A stretch of DNA of 60,426 bases, counting the filler, from Basidiobolus ranarum (lineage: Eukaryota): NCBI GenBank assembly GCA_040143965.1. It is 4 parts of 4 records of this genome, joined end to end, with 100 filler letters (N's around TTAATTAATTAA, not from the genome) between each part and the next. Parts side by side here need not be neighbours in the genome. Positions count along the whole stretch, not along the records: positions 15,167 to 30,198 come from JASJQH010007272.1; positions 30,299 to 45,322 come from JASJQH010007273.1; 2 more parts are not named here. The stretch is one strand, 5' to 3'. The number at the start of each line of letters is the position of its first letter. Positions within the stretch are counted from its first letter, which is position 1. The translations under genes and the position numbers were made by a program. Below are positions 25,701 to 36,666 of the stretch, piece after piece. A model generated the notes under the pieces. The model was not told the origin of the DNA. It worked only from the letters and a program-made list of their open reading frames with translations, and made no database searches.

Positions 25701-26841
25701 TGAGCAAGAAATACGCCGACTCTCGAAGGTGGTGGAAGAGCTGTCAAATGTGATACAGTTATATGAAAGAGAAATTGGTATGTTCCGCAAGTTGTATAAT
25801 TCCCGTATTGAATACTACCGTCAGTTGCAGAAAATCTCGGACGATGTAACTGAGTTACAATGCTATGATCACAAAAAAGAATTAGAGATATGCAAGGAAA
25901 GCGAGCACAAGCTTCAAATGGAAATTGTACAGTCTGAAGGAAAGCTCCGATATCTACGCCATTTGAAGGAGACAACAGGGACCGAAAAACAACAGGAACA
26001 AGAGAGACTCTGTTTAATTTGCCAAATGCATTTCGATACCGGAATGATTAATCCATGTGGCCACATATATTGTCTGGAGTGCTCCAAAAAATGGTTCGGC
26101 TTGCATTCGAAATGCCCAACATGTAACACAATAGTAGAGAAGACTCAACTAAACAACGTCTGCTTTGTACCAGCCAATATAGAGCATGAGGAGAATCATA
26201 CATTTAACCAAATGTTGCTGCAAAGGATCAAGAACATCAATGTCGATGGGGGTTTTGGGACTAAAGTTGACATGTTGATAAGACATATCAAGTACATTCA
26301 CCAGTGTGACCAGGAGGCTGATGGCCCTGCCTCAAAGGTGATTGTGTTTTCTCAATGGGATTTGGTGTTGAATGTGATAGGCCTAGGTTTAGAAAAGAAT
26401 GGAATCCGCTTCGTGCGGCTCACCGGAAAAGACAAAAACCATACAACAATGAGGTTTTCCAATGACAATAGTATCCAAGTGATACTTCTAAATGCTAAAA
26501 GTCAATCCAGTGGCCTGACACTCGTTGCTGCAAATCATGTATTATTTTGTGAGCCATTAGTCAATCCCGGTCTCGAACTTCAAGCAGTAAATCGTGTGCA
26601 TCGAATCGGACAGACCAGAGAAACGCATGTTTATTGGTACATCTTACAAAACACCATTGAAGAGAAAATCTATGAGCGGTACCAGCAAAAGTCTAAGAAT
26701 TTCACCGAAAACCACTTGAACAATATGTCAGTGTCTGATATTCAGCGAACACTGCTAGACAAAAAGCGAACGGGCTTTGGAGAGATCGTTGGTGATGATG
26801 ATTTGAAATATTTTTTTGAGAGTCTTGGGGTTGATCTCTAA
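22744..26841 (+). CDS. SHPRH/Irc20-like SNF2 helicase with RING E3 ligase (start uncertain; an upstream exon is possible)
   Basis: LYPFQ, GGILAEEMGLGKT (motif I), WWRVVIDEVQ (II), SGTP (III), LRQTCCHPQV, long helical insert, C3HC4 RING (CLIC..CGHIYCLEC..CPTC), HELICc with QAVNRVHRIGQ. Confidence 0.92.
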   Translation: MLDIADSEDGSLSISNLLKYLEIHLTYQQHQTPPNAKVKRRKLERETIASNTQAILINTWSLKSSSSLKQFVDVYETITSGTVVNSFENFVYVGAVKVALNLDKSEWDAQLANLNLSHETFKLPVTFLFTRKEGERESLFIYSVDHHTHAYLPLLEKHFTLETKKISTLTALFREATKGNHLKVQGFLEFDFITSSCELLFDIYLLNSLLSSEESVSIDFKEILKGLFCQNTTFTENELSDTSTLYSYLNTSNNLQYNGQVLNEELLNDLKVTLYPFQKRSIQWLLKREGIYSTTQKMEMIPVWWKRVHEEDGSSVDFQFNVLTGKITRDLSLEDQHTVRAPRGGILAEEMGLGKTIELIALHLLHRPNPQEIQAFNTVADSEKLLPSSATLIITPPTISQQWMSEIQTHAPSLRCVLFEKDNFSTEELSRYDVVVISFDILSKQLYYAQETKSRSRRFPSKYKYSPSPLVKILWWRVVIDEVQIVESLSSRAAEMVYHIPRINSWVVSGTPIKHSRNDLVVLLKFLKVEPFCYNVSQWKMLMAPENFEHFLALFGSIMQRTLKSQVESELSIPAQHTESVMLQFSDVEQYFYESLWNSCVNELVWSSTAEEKKSKMREWLYRLRQTCCHPQVCSRNRRILGGALRSIDEVLEFMFQHSRADVQSLERMYTTSKIKRAQILESDGKLEEARLLYHEILTTTQNQIDLLKKEISPVSTLLAIVPDETQLKATSQTDVRADQTPDTTHPDLRAEQEDLKNMKLWLHLWREIEHRLLFFLGSIYFKMENEAEETSYYELAEQSRVELLRPLSEGFQLELERFKRFRKSTEVNLAQPSPISSSAFTGGVLSRDLFERIESVTTALNAQNELLKSCHDIIVKMLISNLWDANDKDANGEEFQQSQLQQEEADVYQDVFMRIIRDRRQLVQGIVIGAGDSKLKTASDMTENLGKFRREYVRPLAHGNLKSYLAELKQISNKPMIQKEEVVIVEQEIRRLSKVVEELSNVIQLYEREIGMFRKLYNSRIEYYRQLQKISDDVTELQCYDHKKELEICKESEHKLQMEIVQSEGKLRYLRHLKETTGTEKQQEQERLCLICQMHFDTGMINPCGHIYCLECSKKWFGLHSKCPTCNTIVEKTQLNNVCFVPANIEHEENHTFNQMLLQRIKNINVDGGFGTKVDMLIRHIKYIHQCDQEADGPASKVIVFSQWDLVLNVIGLGLEKNGIRFVRLTGKDKNHTTMRFSNDNSIQVILLNAKSQSSGLTLVAANHVLFCEPLVNPGLELQAVNRVHRIGQTRETHVYWYILQNTIEEKIYERYQQKSKNFTENHLNNMSVSDIQRTLLDKKRTGFGEIVGDDDLKYFFESLGVDL

Positions 26842-27078
26842 TTAGTAATGGTTACCTTGAAATCCCTCAGAAAGACTTGTTCACTAAGAGTAGTATCAGG
26901 CTAGTTAAGGTACAATTGATGATGTAACTGAAATCATATATGATGCTAATTGGCATGAGGAAAGTTTTAGAGTAAAATGATTAGATGGCAGTATTGTAAA
27001 AATTACACATGTATACTTATTAGTTAAGTTTGGTGAAGTTAGGAGTATATCATTCATTAAATATTTCCATGATACTGT

Positions 27079-27759
27079 TGTTGAAATTAGCATTACTTGA
27101 ACACCTATATAGTCATATATGTTAAAGTATTTGGGAGCCTGTTGGAAGTGGTTTGGAGAATCAGAGGAATTGGTGGTTTTCACTTATTGATTTATTGAGT
27201 AGAAAGTTGACATTTATAGTTTTGTCAAGAAGTAAACAAACTAACATGTGGAATATGTTAAGGAAGGTACCAGGAACATATGTGCAACGTTTGGGGCTTC
27301 TAGCACAAGTTTGAAAAATCTATATATCTGAGAACTTCTAAGTAAATTCCAATTGAGAATAATGGATAATATCTTGATGAATTATAAGATAGCTAAGTAC
27401 TAAGCTATATATGACTATATAGGTGCTCAGGCAATGCTAGTTTCAACAATATATAGCTTAGTATTTAGTTATCCTCTATTGACTAAGATATTACCCATTA
27501 CTCTCAATTGAAATTCACTTGGAATATTTTTACTAACTTGAAAGTCCTCAAATATATAGATTTTCAAACTTGAGCTAGAAGCCCTATATTTTGCACACAT
27601 ATTCCTGGGGCCCTCCTCAGCTCTTTCTACACATCAGTTTGCTTACATCTTAACAAAACTATAATTGTCAACTATTTATTCAATAAATTAATAGGTGAAA
27701 ACCACCAATTGCTCAATCACTTGAAAACACTTCCAACAGGCTCCCAAAATACTTTAACA
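27079..27759 (+). mobile_element. 5' LTR (family A) interrupted by an inverted solo LTR of the same family (27120-27448, TSD ATATA)
   Basis: Removing 27120-27448 and one ATATA restores GTCATATATAGCTTAG, colinear with the 19232 copy; host LTR ends CTTTAACA at 27759. Confidence 0.9.
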
Positions 27760-27771
27760 GGTTATGAGCCC
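27760..27771 (+). promoter_or_regulatory. Primer binding site complementary to the anticodon arm of initiator tRNA-Met (Ty5/copia half-tRNA type)
   Basis: GGTTATGAGCCC immediately follows the LTR-terminal CA and is the reverse complement of GGGCUCAUAACC of fungal tRNA-iMet. Confidence 0.88.
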
Positions 27772-27782
27772 CAAGCTTGCAG

Positions 27783-28200
27783 TTAAGGGGGATAAAAGCA
27801 CCAGGAGGGGTGGACTTTATTTAACTTAGATACTAATCTAAACTTAGTGACAATCAATATATCAATCTTTTAAGATATTGTGACAATATTGGATCATATC
27901 CATGCATAACTTGATGACCAATGTATTCAAGTTCCAAGGTTATAAATGTAGTGTTAATGAGCAAAGGTGGTATGCAGAAATGACAGTCTAGGGTATAGAT
28001 GTTGTGGTAAGGGTAAGGATGAAAAGAAGGGGTCTGGGGGACACAGTCCTCACAGTATAAAAAGAAAGCCAGGGGTTTGGGGCATGCAATCCCCCATGTA
28101 CATTCCTCCCCCACAATAAACACAACTTACCAGTATATAGGAAAAATTTGGCTTGCCCAAATTTTCCAAAGGCCTGATTACGGACCAAATTTCTCAACTT
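27783..28200 (-). mobile_element. Fragment related to the 3' end of the adjacent LINE
   Basis: 27783-27960 aligns with 28651-28825 (AAAAGCACCAGG..GACTTTATTTA..CTAATCTAAAC..GTGACAATCAA..GGATCATATCCAT); distal boundary approximate. Confidence 0.6.
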
Positions 28201-28651
28201 AATATTGACCTACAATTGATTTTCTTCCAATGTGCAGGTAGGTCACTTCCAACATTTTCTTAAATAAACCTAAATACTTGGAGTTAAAATTCTGATGTAA
28301 AAGTCTTTATTTATTAATAGTTGATGCACACTTACTTGCTATCCTAAAATTCTGAAGATTAGCAATATCCAAATAGTTGGCTTCCTTCTTTTCTCGAATA
28401 TTGTATTTGAAGCTAGATATTAAAAAAATGTTAAATAAATAATAAAGAAAGTAAAGAAGAACTTGAGAAGTGTCAAATACAAGAAAGATTGTGGAAATAT
28501 CTATAAGCAGTAATGAAGTACAGAATTGGGCATAGAGTGAAAAAACATAACAGCAACATACTTAGAAACAATCTAATTGTAAATAAAAAGCCTGCTAATT
28601 TAGTTTGCTAATTTGGCTTTTGCAATAATTATATATTAGCTGTATATTTCT

Positions 28652-29925
28652 TAGGGGGCATGAAAAGCACCAGGTGGTGTAGACTTTATTTAGCTTATAC
28701 ACTAATCTAAACCAAGTGACAATCAAAATATCAATCCTCTCAGATATTGTGACAATACTGGATCATATCCATACTTCACTTGATGACAAATGTAATCAAG
28801 TTTGGGGGATGTAAATATGGTGTTAAGGGGCACAGGTGGTAAGCTGAAAGGAAGATACTGAATACAAACCAAATGGGCAATAGGACAAAAACCTAGAATA
28901 ATGGGGATCAAAAAAGGTGTCTTGGAGGCAAGGTATTGCTTCCAAAGGTGTACCTGGAAGTCTATAGCAGCAATTTTGGGCAAGGGAGGGCTTCTCAGTT
29001 TGTTCTATAAAGGAAGCAAATTTCCTGACTTCAGGATCTCCCAGCAGTATTCTCCAGCAAGAAGGAGGATCATAGAGGTGGGAACCTCTCCAGACACAAC
29101 CAGAGGGTTCTGACACTTGCAAATACTGATGAATATTCTGGTCTTTGGATAGAGTAATCTAAGACTGTATGGTAGTAATCCAAAGGCATCAAGAATGGCA
29201 TGCCTGTAAGGGCACTCAGGCAGATGGGAAATTAGGGAAGTGATACACCAAACTACAAAGCCATCTAGTTTGGTGGAGTGCCTGGAAGCGAGAGAAAGAA
29301 GAGGTAAGCCAGATTCTAGAACTGGAAAGACAAACTGTTTGAGGAGCAGTGGACAACTGGGAGCAGAAGTTGTAGGGGGTGTAACAGCTAGTAGCTTGTG
29401 AAATGCCTGCCTTGCCAAAACCATTTGTTTCTTGAGGTGAGCAGCACAGTCATTAGGAAGGAAAGGGAATCCAAGATAAGTAGCTTAGTTCCAAGCAGAT
29501 ATAGTTGAGCCTTTCAGAGAGTGAGCAGCCTAGAGGAACAGTTTTGGTCAAAGAGAGCTGGAGATTATTCTGCTGGAGATAACTGCTGATAGTGTCAGAG
29601 TCTTGTTGGATATTGGAGGAGGAGATTCTGATATCATCAGCAAAGAGAGTCATTGTGGAGCACAGGGAGAGACTGGGGAAGTCATTCAGAAAGACAGTAA
29701 ACAGAATAGGGCCAAGAACAGACCCTTGCACTACATCATTAGGCACAGAGTAGATAGTAGACTGCTTAGAAGGATGGAGAATGTTTGCTTGTGGGTCAAG
29801 GAAGAGTGATCTAACCAGGAGAGTGAGAGAAGGTCAAGAGAACTGCTGAAGCTTGAACCAGAGTAAATTCCTGTCAACTGTATCAAAGGCCTTGGTAATA
29901 TCAAAGAGAACTGATGAATACCTTG
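28652..29925 (-). mobile_element. Degenerate 5'-truncated non-LTR retrotransposon (LINE) reverse transcriptase
   Basis: RT motifs SVLFDITKAFDTVDR, VVQGSVLGPILFTVFLND, TLFADDI, LQLSLTKT; frameshifts and stops. Confidence 0.88.
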
Positions 29926-30198
29926 CAGTCACAATAAGGAACTGGACAAGGACTGGAAATAAATGACAAGAGACTAGAAGGCAGGAGAGTACTTGGGTGT
30001 AGATCACAAGTCAAGACAAGACAAGACTGGACTGGGAAGATACTTTGGCAAGAATCTTTATTGATAACTGGTGTTGATCAGACCTCAGTCTGATCAAGGA
30101 ATACATGGGGCTTATATAGATATTGCAAGATGAAACATAATATACTTAATAGGGAATATACTGTGGCAAGTTCGAGAGTTGGGGTGTTGGGGACTGCA

Positions 30199-30298
30199 NN
30201 NNNNNNNNNNNNNNNNNNNNNNNNNNNNNNNNNNNNNNNNNNTTAATTAATTAANNNNNNNNNNNNNNNNNNNNNNNNNNNNNNNNNNNNNNNNNNNN
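30199..30298. other. Artificial contig spacer
   Basis: N44-TTAATTAATTAA-N44. Confidence 0.98.
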
Positions 30299-30475
30299 AT
30301 CCGTGATGAAGATAAGGCTGATCTCGCCAAGTTGGTTGACTCTGTCAAGGCTAACTACAACGAGAAATATGACGAAGTCCGCAAGCACTGGGGTGGTGGT
30401 ATCATGGGAGCCAAGTCCCAAGCCGCTACTCTCAAGAAGCAAAAGGCTCTCGCCAAGTCTGCTGGTAAGGCCTAA
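30299..30475 (+). CDS. RPL8: 60S ribosomal protein eL8 (L7a/L8), C-terminal fragment
   Basis: [42 protein letters not shown]...KSAGKA*; strongly biased codons. Confidence 0.93.
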   Translation: MRDEDKADLAKLVDSVKANYNEKYDEVRKHWGGGIMGAKSQAATLKKQKALAKSAGKA

Positions 30476-31136
30476 ATCATATAGATTATGGAATTTACCT
30501 GAAATCGATACAAATAAACTATGCGACAATTGCACATTTAATACAAGCAAAATACTTATTATATTTGAGCGATTTAATATTCATTCTTGGTAAAGGATAG
30601 AAGCCTATATAAACGACTTGTTGAGCCACAAAACATGTTATAGCTAGATTAATATATATATACGAATGAAAGCAATGCACTTTAACAATTTTCATCGAGC
30701 ATTTCGTAGGGCATAGCTTGTAATCTTAAGAACCAGGTTAGTTTTTCTTTTTCATATCAACACAAATCACGTGATTGAATTTATGGCATATAAATAGTAG
30801 AATTTGACAAGAGCAACTCTCGCCACAACAACATTGTAACTTGCGCCTAGTCTGAGATATTTCTAATACAAGGATGACTTTTAGCCAAATCCTATGTAAG
30901 AACTCGTTCTTTAATTGAGGAGAAATAGCAATCCTGAGATTGTATTTACATGTTGTTGTGGTTATGCTTCTTCGTTCGAGTTTTACTTGATGAAGAGGTG
31001 GATTGTTTTCACAGCAAGGATGAGTACTGAAAAGATATGTAAGTGTTGGCTTGATTGCGCAACAAATGATACAATTTATGGATACTGCTGAGCTGATGAA
31101 ACGAATCTAAATATATTTTCAACTATTTAATATCCT

Positions 31137-32044
31137 TCATAACTCTAATTCGATTTGGTCTAGAAAAGTTCTCATGAAATCATGTCTAGCTACTGCCATA
31201 AGCTTTCCTTGTTCAGTTTTCATCGTATCCTTAAGCTTTAGCAATTTTTCTGTAAATACATTAGTTAGAAAGAATTAATAAGAAATAAGATAAGATAGTA
31301 CTCGTATTTACCATAAAAATGACCAATGCAACTATCCACTTCGGCAGGGCTATCGCCAAATGTTTCCGACTTGTAATCAATATCAGAACCGTATAGTACG
31401 ATGTTTTTAACTCCACTATAAGCTGCACATCTCATGATCCCTGAAGAATCATGGAAAATGAAAATCAACACCAGTAATATATACTACTTTGTACAAGTAT
31501 ACTTACCAAAAGCACCCATAGCTTCAAGTTTATCGGCATCTTGGACTCTAAGTAGATGTCAGTATTGGTTCATGTATGAAGTGAAATAAAGTGTAATACA
31601 TATGTAATTCCAGACAGTTTTCTCTCCAATGATCAATTTCACCGAGGTCTTTATACGCTAATTCCTTACGATAAGATACGGTTTGAACTATTTTATGTAC
31701 TAAAGTGCTCATCTCCAACGGATAACCTAGAGAAGTTAAATACTCTGAAACATTGAAAGCTTCTGAAGACTCTTGATATTTTGTATCATTAAAATCGTGT
31801 AACAAGGCAGAAATCTCAACAACTTGCAAGTCAAGATCCCCATCTATCGAGGTAGCTATTTTTAAAGCTTTAATAGTTATGGTAAGCAAGACAGGTCTAA
31901 GAAAATTGTCTTATATAGATAAAGTATTGAACCTATATTTCTCACTCTGTTTACGTGTTCCCAGTCGTGTGAAGGATCATACTTGCTCATATATACTTTC
32001 ACGAATTCCTCGAGCTTCGGAAGTAACAGTTTGTGCTGAGACAT
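31137..32044 (-). CDS. HD-superfamily metal-dependent phosphohydrolase (multi-exon)
   Basis: DPSHDWEHVNRV, ALLHDFND, VQDADKLEAMGAFGIMR, HFYEKLLKLKDTMKTEQGK..A..RH. Confidence 0.9.
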
Positions 32045-32291
32045 GGTGAATATGAATTATGCCAAGTGCAACTAAACAATGTTATTTAGAGGCTAAGCCC
32101 TCTGATACAGAATCTATTAACTAGAATTCTAATATTCATTATGACTACATGGTCAATAAATTCGAACAGTTAATGATATCCACCAATCAATTCATTTCAA
32201 TATATCGTTTTTTTTCATCTATTCTTTTAAATCTGGTTTTTCTATAATACTAACGGGTTGGTTTCTAACATCATAGAAGCAGTACAGAAAG

Positions 32292-33522
32292 ATGTCCAGC
32301 CTAACTGTTGAGCAAAGATTAGACATTATCAAACGGAACTTGCAAGAAGTTCTCGGTGAAGAGGAAATCAAGAAGATTTTGGCTGAGCGTGACTTGAAGC
32401 TCTACTGGGGTACTGCACCCACTGGTAAGCCTCACATTGGTTACTTCGTACCTATGACCAAAATCGCAGATTTCCTTTCTGCTGGTTGCGATGTGAGTAT
32501 TTTTCTTCAGTTAAATTCCACAGTTTAGTTGAACTAACAATCCACTTGAATTTGTTTATTAGGTGACTATTCTTTTTGCCGACATTCATGCTTTCTTAGA
32601 TAACATGAAGGCACCTTTGGAGTTGGTTGAATACCGTACCAAATATTACGAAGCTTTGATTAAAGCTATGCTTACTTCCTTAGGTGTACCTTTGGAAAAA
32701 CTTCGTTTTGTTGTTGGTTCTTCTTATCAACTTACCAAGGAGTTCAACATGGACAATTATCGACTTTGTGCTACTGTAACCGAGCATGATGCCAAGAAAG
32801 CAGGTGCTGAGGTAGTCAAGCAGGTAGATTCAGCACTTCTTAGTGGTCTACTCTATCCTGGATTACAAGCACTTGATGAGGAGTACCTCGGAGTAGATGC
32901 ACAATTTGGTGGTGTAGATCAACGCAAGATCTTCACCTTTGCTGAGAAGTACTTGCCACATCTTGGATACAAAAAGCGTGCACATTTGATGAACCCAATG
33001 GTACCAGGTTTAACCGGTAGCAAGATGAGTGCCTCCGATGTCGACTCCAAGCTTGATCTTTTGGATGAACCTAAAACTGTGGAGAAGAAGATCAAAAAGG
33101 CATTCTGTGAAGAAGGAAATGTTACTGAGAACGGAGTACTTAGTTTCGTCAAATACGTACTCTTACCAATCAGTTCGTTGAACGGAAAGGAAGCCAGCTT
33201 CACCATCTTAAGACCCGAGAAATATGGTGGAAATGTCGTTTACAAAGATTACGAAGAGTTGGAGAAGCAATTCGCCAACAAGGAAATTCACCCTGGTGAC
33301 TTGAAAAAGTCAGTCATTGAAGTGTTGAATAGCATGTTAGAGCCTATCCGTAAGGTCTTTGAAGATCCTGAACTGAAAAAATTGGCTGATCTCGCATATC
33401 CAGCTCCAGTTGCTCCAGTTAAGGTCAAGAAGGAGAAGAAGAAGCACAACAGGAAGCCAACCGACGTTGACCCAGTCATCAATGAAAAATCCACCCCAGA
33501 GACCCCCGCTGAAACCAACTAA
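32292..33522 (+). CDS. TYS1: Cytosolic tyrosyl-tRNA synthetase (intron 32493-32562), no EMAP-II extension
   Basis: [15 protein letters not shown] (HIGH), [16 protein letters not shown] (KMSKS), HPGDLK. Confidence 0.97.
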
Positions 33523-33952
33523 TTTATTCTCCAATTCCCCTGACCCTTACCCAACCCTTCGCCCAAATAAACAAATTCTTCAGCATTTATGGTTCTCAAG
33601 ATCATGTGATAAGAAGCAGCCTTATCAGGAAATAGTGGTTGAATTTACACAATCTCTGGAAGCCAATCACACCAGAGTGCTTGGTAGAACAAGATAAGGT
33701 GAGCATTTAAATTAGTCAAGATTTGGAATTCAAATTCTTTAAATGTTAAATTCAATTACCACGAACCAACTGATCACCAAATGGTGAGAACGGTGGGCCA
33801 ATGTTACTTACAATTAGCAAAATGCCCCGGTGATATTGGACTCGGTAATTGAATTGAAATTGCAGTGGCCCTGGAAATCAAGTAATCCATTTTTTATAAA
33901 GGTGACGAACGTTAGCCATCCTTCTGCTTTTACTATAACCATTTCTAACATT

Positions 33953-34529
33953 ATGGTAAGTACCATTGAACCTATTCACTCTTCCAGTATGTATTTTAAC
34001 CCTCCCACCTAGGCCACCCAACTCAACGAAGAACAAATTGCCGAGTTCAAGGAAGCTTTCTCTCTCTTTGACAAAGATGGTGATGGCAGCATCACCACCA
34101 AGGAACTCGGAACTGTTATGCGTTCCCTCGGACAAAACCCTACTGAAGCCGAGTTACAAGATATGGTTAGCGAGATTGATGCCGACGGTAACGGTCAAAT
34201 TGACTTTACCGAGTTCTTGACTTTGATGGCCCGCAAGATGAAGGATACTGACTCTGAAGAAGAGATCAAGGAAGCCTTCAAGGTCTTCGATAAAGATGGT
34301 AACGGTTTCATTTCTGCCGCTGAACTTCGTCACGTCATGACCAACCTTGGCGAGAAACTTTCTGATGAAGAAGTTGACGAGATGATCCGTGAAGCTGATG
34401 TTGACGGTGATGGTCAAATCAACTATGACGAATTCGTCAAGATGATGGTAAAGTTGAAATAGTCATTCGTTATCTGCATTGCATTGCTTTCTTACTAACT
34501 CATTTTGCTTTCAACAGATGACTAAATAA
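33953..34529 (+). CDS. CMD1: Calmodulin, 149 aa (exons 33953-33955, 34013-34447, 34518-34529)
   Basis: ATG-only first exon; four EF hands ([48 protein letters not shown]); ends MMTK*. Confidence 0.96.
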
Positions 34530-35196
34530 ATCAATCAGTAACCACTTTTATATTACAATTAATCAATTATCCAGCATCCAATAAATCTTCATATTCCTTG
34601 CACATGCTATCGTCAAATGATTATTAATTACAATAACTGTGTATGCAGCTGCTTATGTTGACTGTTCTTAAGGGTATATCTAAATTGGCACCCGGCTGTT
34701 ATAGTATCGGTATAGATTTATCAATCGACATTTCTTGCCTAATCTACCAATAATCTCCCAGGTTCTCTACTTCATTACGCGGGGGCTTTAATAGAGTCCC
34801 AAATATATCCTGGTAACGCGTAACGAATGAGCATCCAGGAAACTGCGCTATTTTATCTCACTAAACTATCCATTTCCAAAACCACCATCAATATTGGATT
34901 AAGAGCGGCTATATTTAGAAGTGTTCTCTATATTCAGACTAATTCTGAGACATGTCTAGAATCCACATTTGAGAGTATTAGTACCGTATCCGAAATACCC
35001 TTCTGATTTTCACTTATGGTTACACTCATGTGCACTAGATCTATTATACTTGCGAATTTGGTTGATTGTTGGCTTGACATGTGGCTGAATCGATTAGTGA
35101 TAAACAAGTAACCATTCGGTAAGTGGTATATATATATACATCAAATCAATTTACCGAGCCATAACATTCACTTGTTTCACCAGAACCCTTTACCAA

Positions 35197-36551
35197 ATGT
35201 CCTCTCAACAGTTCAACCAAGTTTTTCAGTTACAGTGTAAAACACAAAGTTATGAGTGGGGCAAGTTAGGTATTAAAAGCAAAGTAGCTCAATACGCTCA
35301 ATCTATTCCAGAGTTCAGTGTAGAAGCAGATAAACCATATGCTGAGGTATTTTCGTTTATCTTGAAGTGAGAGGGGAGTGTTTCTTTTTCTTTTATTTAT
35401 GTTGATTTTTGGTATTACTTTAGTTATGGATGGGTACTCATCCCAACGCACCATCTATCGCCATTTGCCCCGGAAAAGAGTCCGTATCACTTAAGGACTT
35501 GATCACGGAAAGAGTGGAACTGATGACAGAGAAGATCTACCAAAAATATGAAGGAGAATTTCCTTTCTTATTCAAAGTTCTATCCATCAATAAGGCGCTA
35601 TCTATTCAAGCTCATCCGGACAAGAAATTGGCCCAACGTTTATTCTCAGAGCGTCCAGACCTTTATAAAGATCCCAATCATAAACCGGAGATGGCCATCG
35701 CATTGACACCTTTCGAAGCTCTATGTGGATTTAGACCGTTAACAGTGATCAAAGAACATTTGAAAGAATACCCAGAGTTTTCCGAATTAATAGGTGAAGC
35801 ATTAGTTCGTAAGTTTAATGAAACATTAGAAAAGTTTCCTGAAGAGGATAGTGAGATAGGTGTAGTGGAGAAGAAAGAAGTCTTGAGAGGTTTATTTGAA
35901 GCGGTTATGACTCGAGATAATGATTTCATCCAAGAACAATTGTCGAAATTGTTGCTTAGACTCTCCAAGGATTCCACGAAACCAGAGATCTTTGAGTTGT
36001 TGAATCGGTTGAATTCTCAATATCCTGGTGATATAGGTTGTTTCGCGGTGCTATTTTTGAATTATACCGTCTTAAAACCTGGTGAAGCTATCTTCCTTCA
36101 AGCCAATGAACCTCACGCGTACATATCTGGTGATTGTATTGAATGTATGGCCACCAGTGACAATGTTGTTCGTTCTGGATTGACACCCAAGTTTAAGGAT
36201 GTTAAAGTGCTAGTAGATATGTTGACATACGAATCCTACGATATCAAAACCAAAGTAATGTATGGTGAAAGCTACAAGGGTCTAGAACATTCTCTGCTTT
36301 ATGATCCACCCATCGATGAGTTCTCAGTTCTTCGTACTGAGCTTCCCTTGAATAGCAGTGAAAGGGTACCTGGAATCCACGGACCTAGTATCTTGATCGT
36401 GACCAATGGAAATGGTACCCTTGAGTATGCTGAAGAGAAGATCACTTTAGAACAAGGACAAGTGTGGTTTATCTCACCAGATACTGAAGTGGTGTTACAT
36501 AGTAACTCTGAGCAAGCGGTATTTTACCGAGCTTTTAATTCAGAGGAATAA
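35197..36551 (+). CDS. PMI40: Mannose-6-phosphate isomerase type I (intron 35347-35423)
   Basis: YEWGKLG, PYAELWMGTHP, PFLFKVLSINKALSIQAHPDK, YKDPNHKPEM, EPHAY, SDNVVRSGLTPK. Confidence 0.97.
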
Positions 36552-36666
36552 GTGCTTCATTGTATAACATGTGTAATTCAATCTTCCTGTAATCATCTCG
36601 GTTTCCCACCTTTGTCCCACCTTTCCCCACATTCTCCTGTATCACCATAATTTTGTTGGAATAAGT

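Noticed and set aside
27120-27759. Long inverted repeat resembling a MITE or foldback element
   Set aside because: Explained by an inverted LTR-in-LTR insertion with TSD and downstream PBS
29926-30198. Possible LTR of another family (minus-strand TATATAAG and AATAAA, CAAGA repeats)
   Set aside because: Truncated by the contig end, no second copy or termini to confirm
30251-30593. ORF-track entries overlapping RPL8, and similar antisense or alternate-frame ORFs over eIF3d, PPR, TYS1 and calmodulin
   Set aside because: Shadow ORFs caused by codon bias of the real genes
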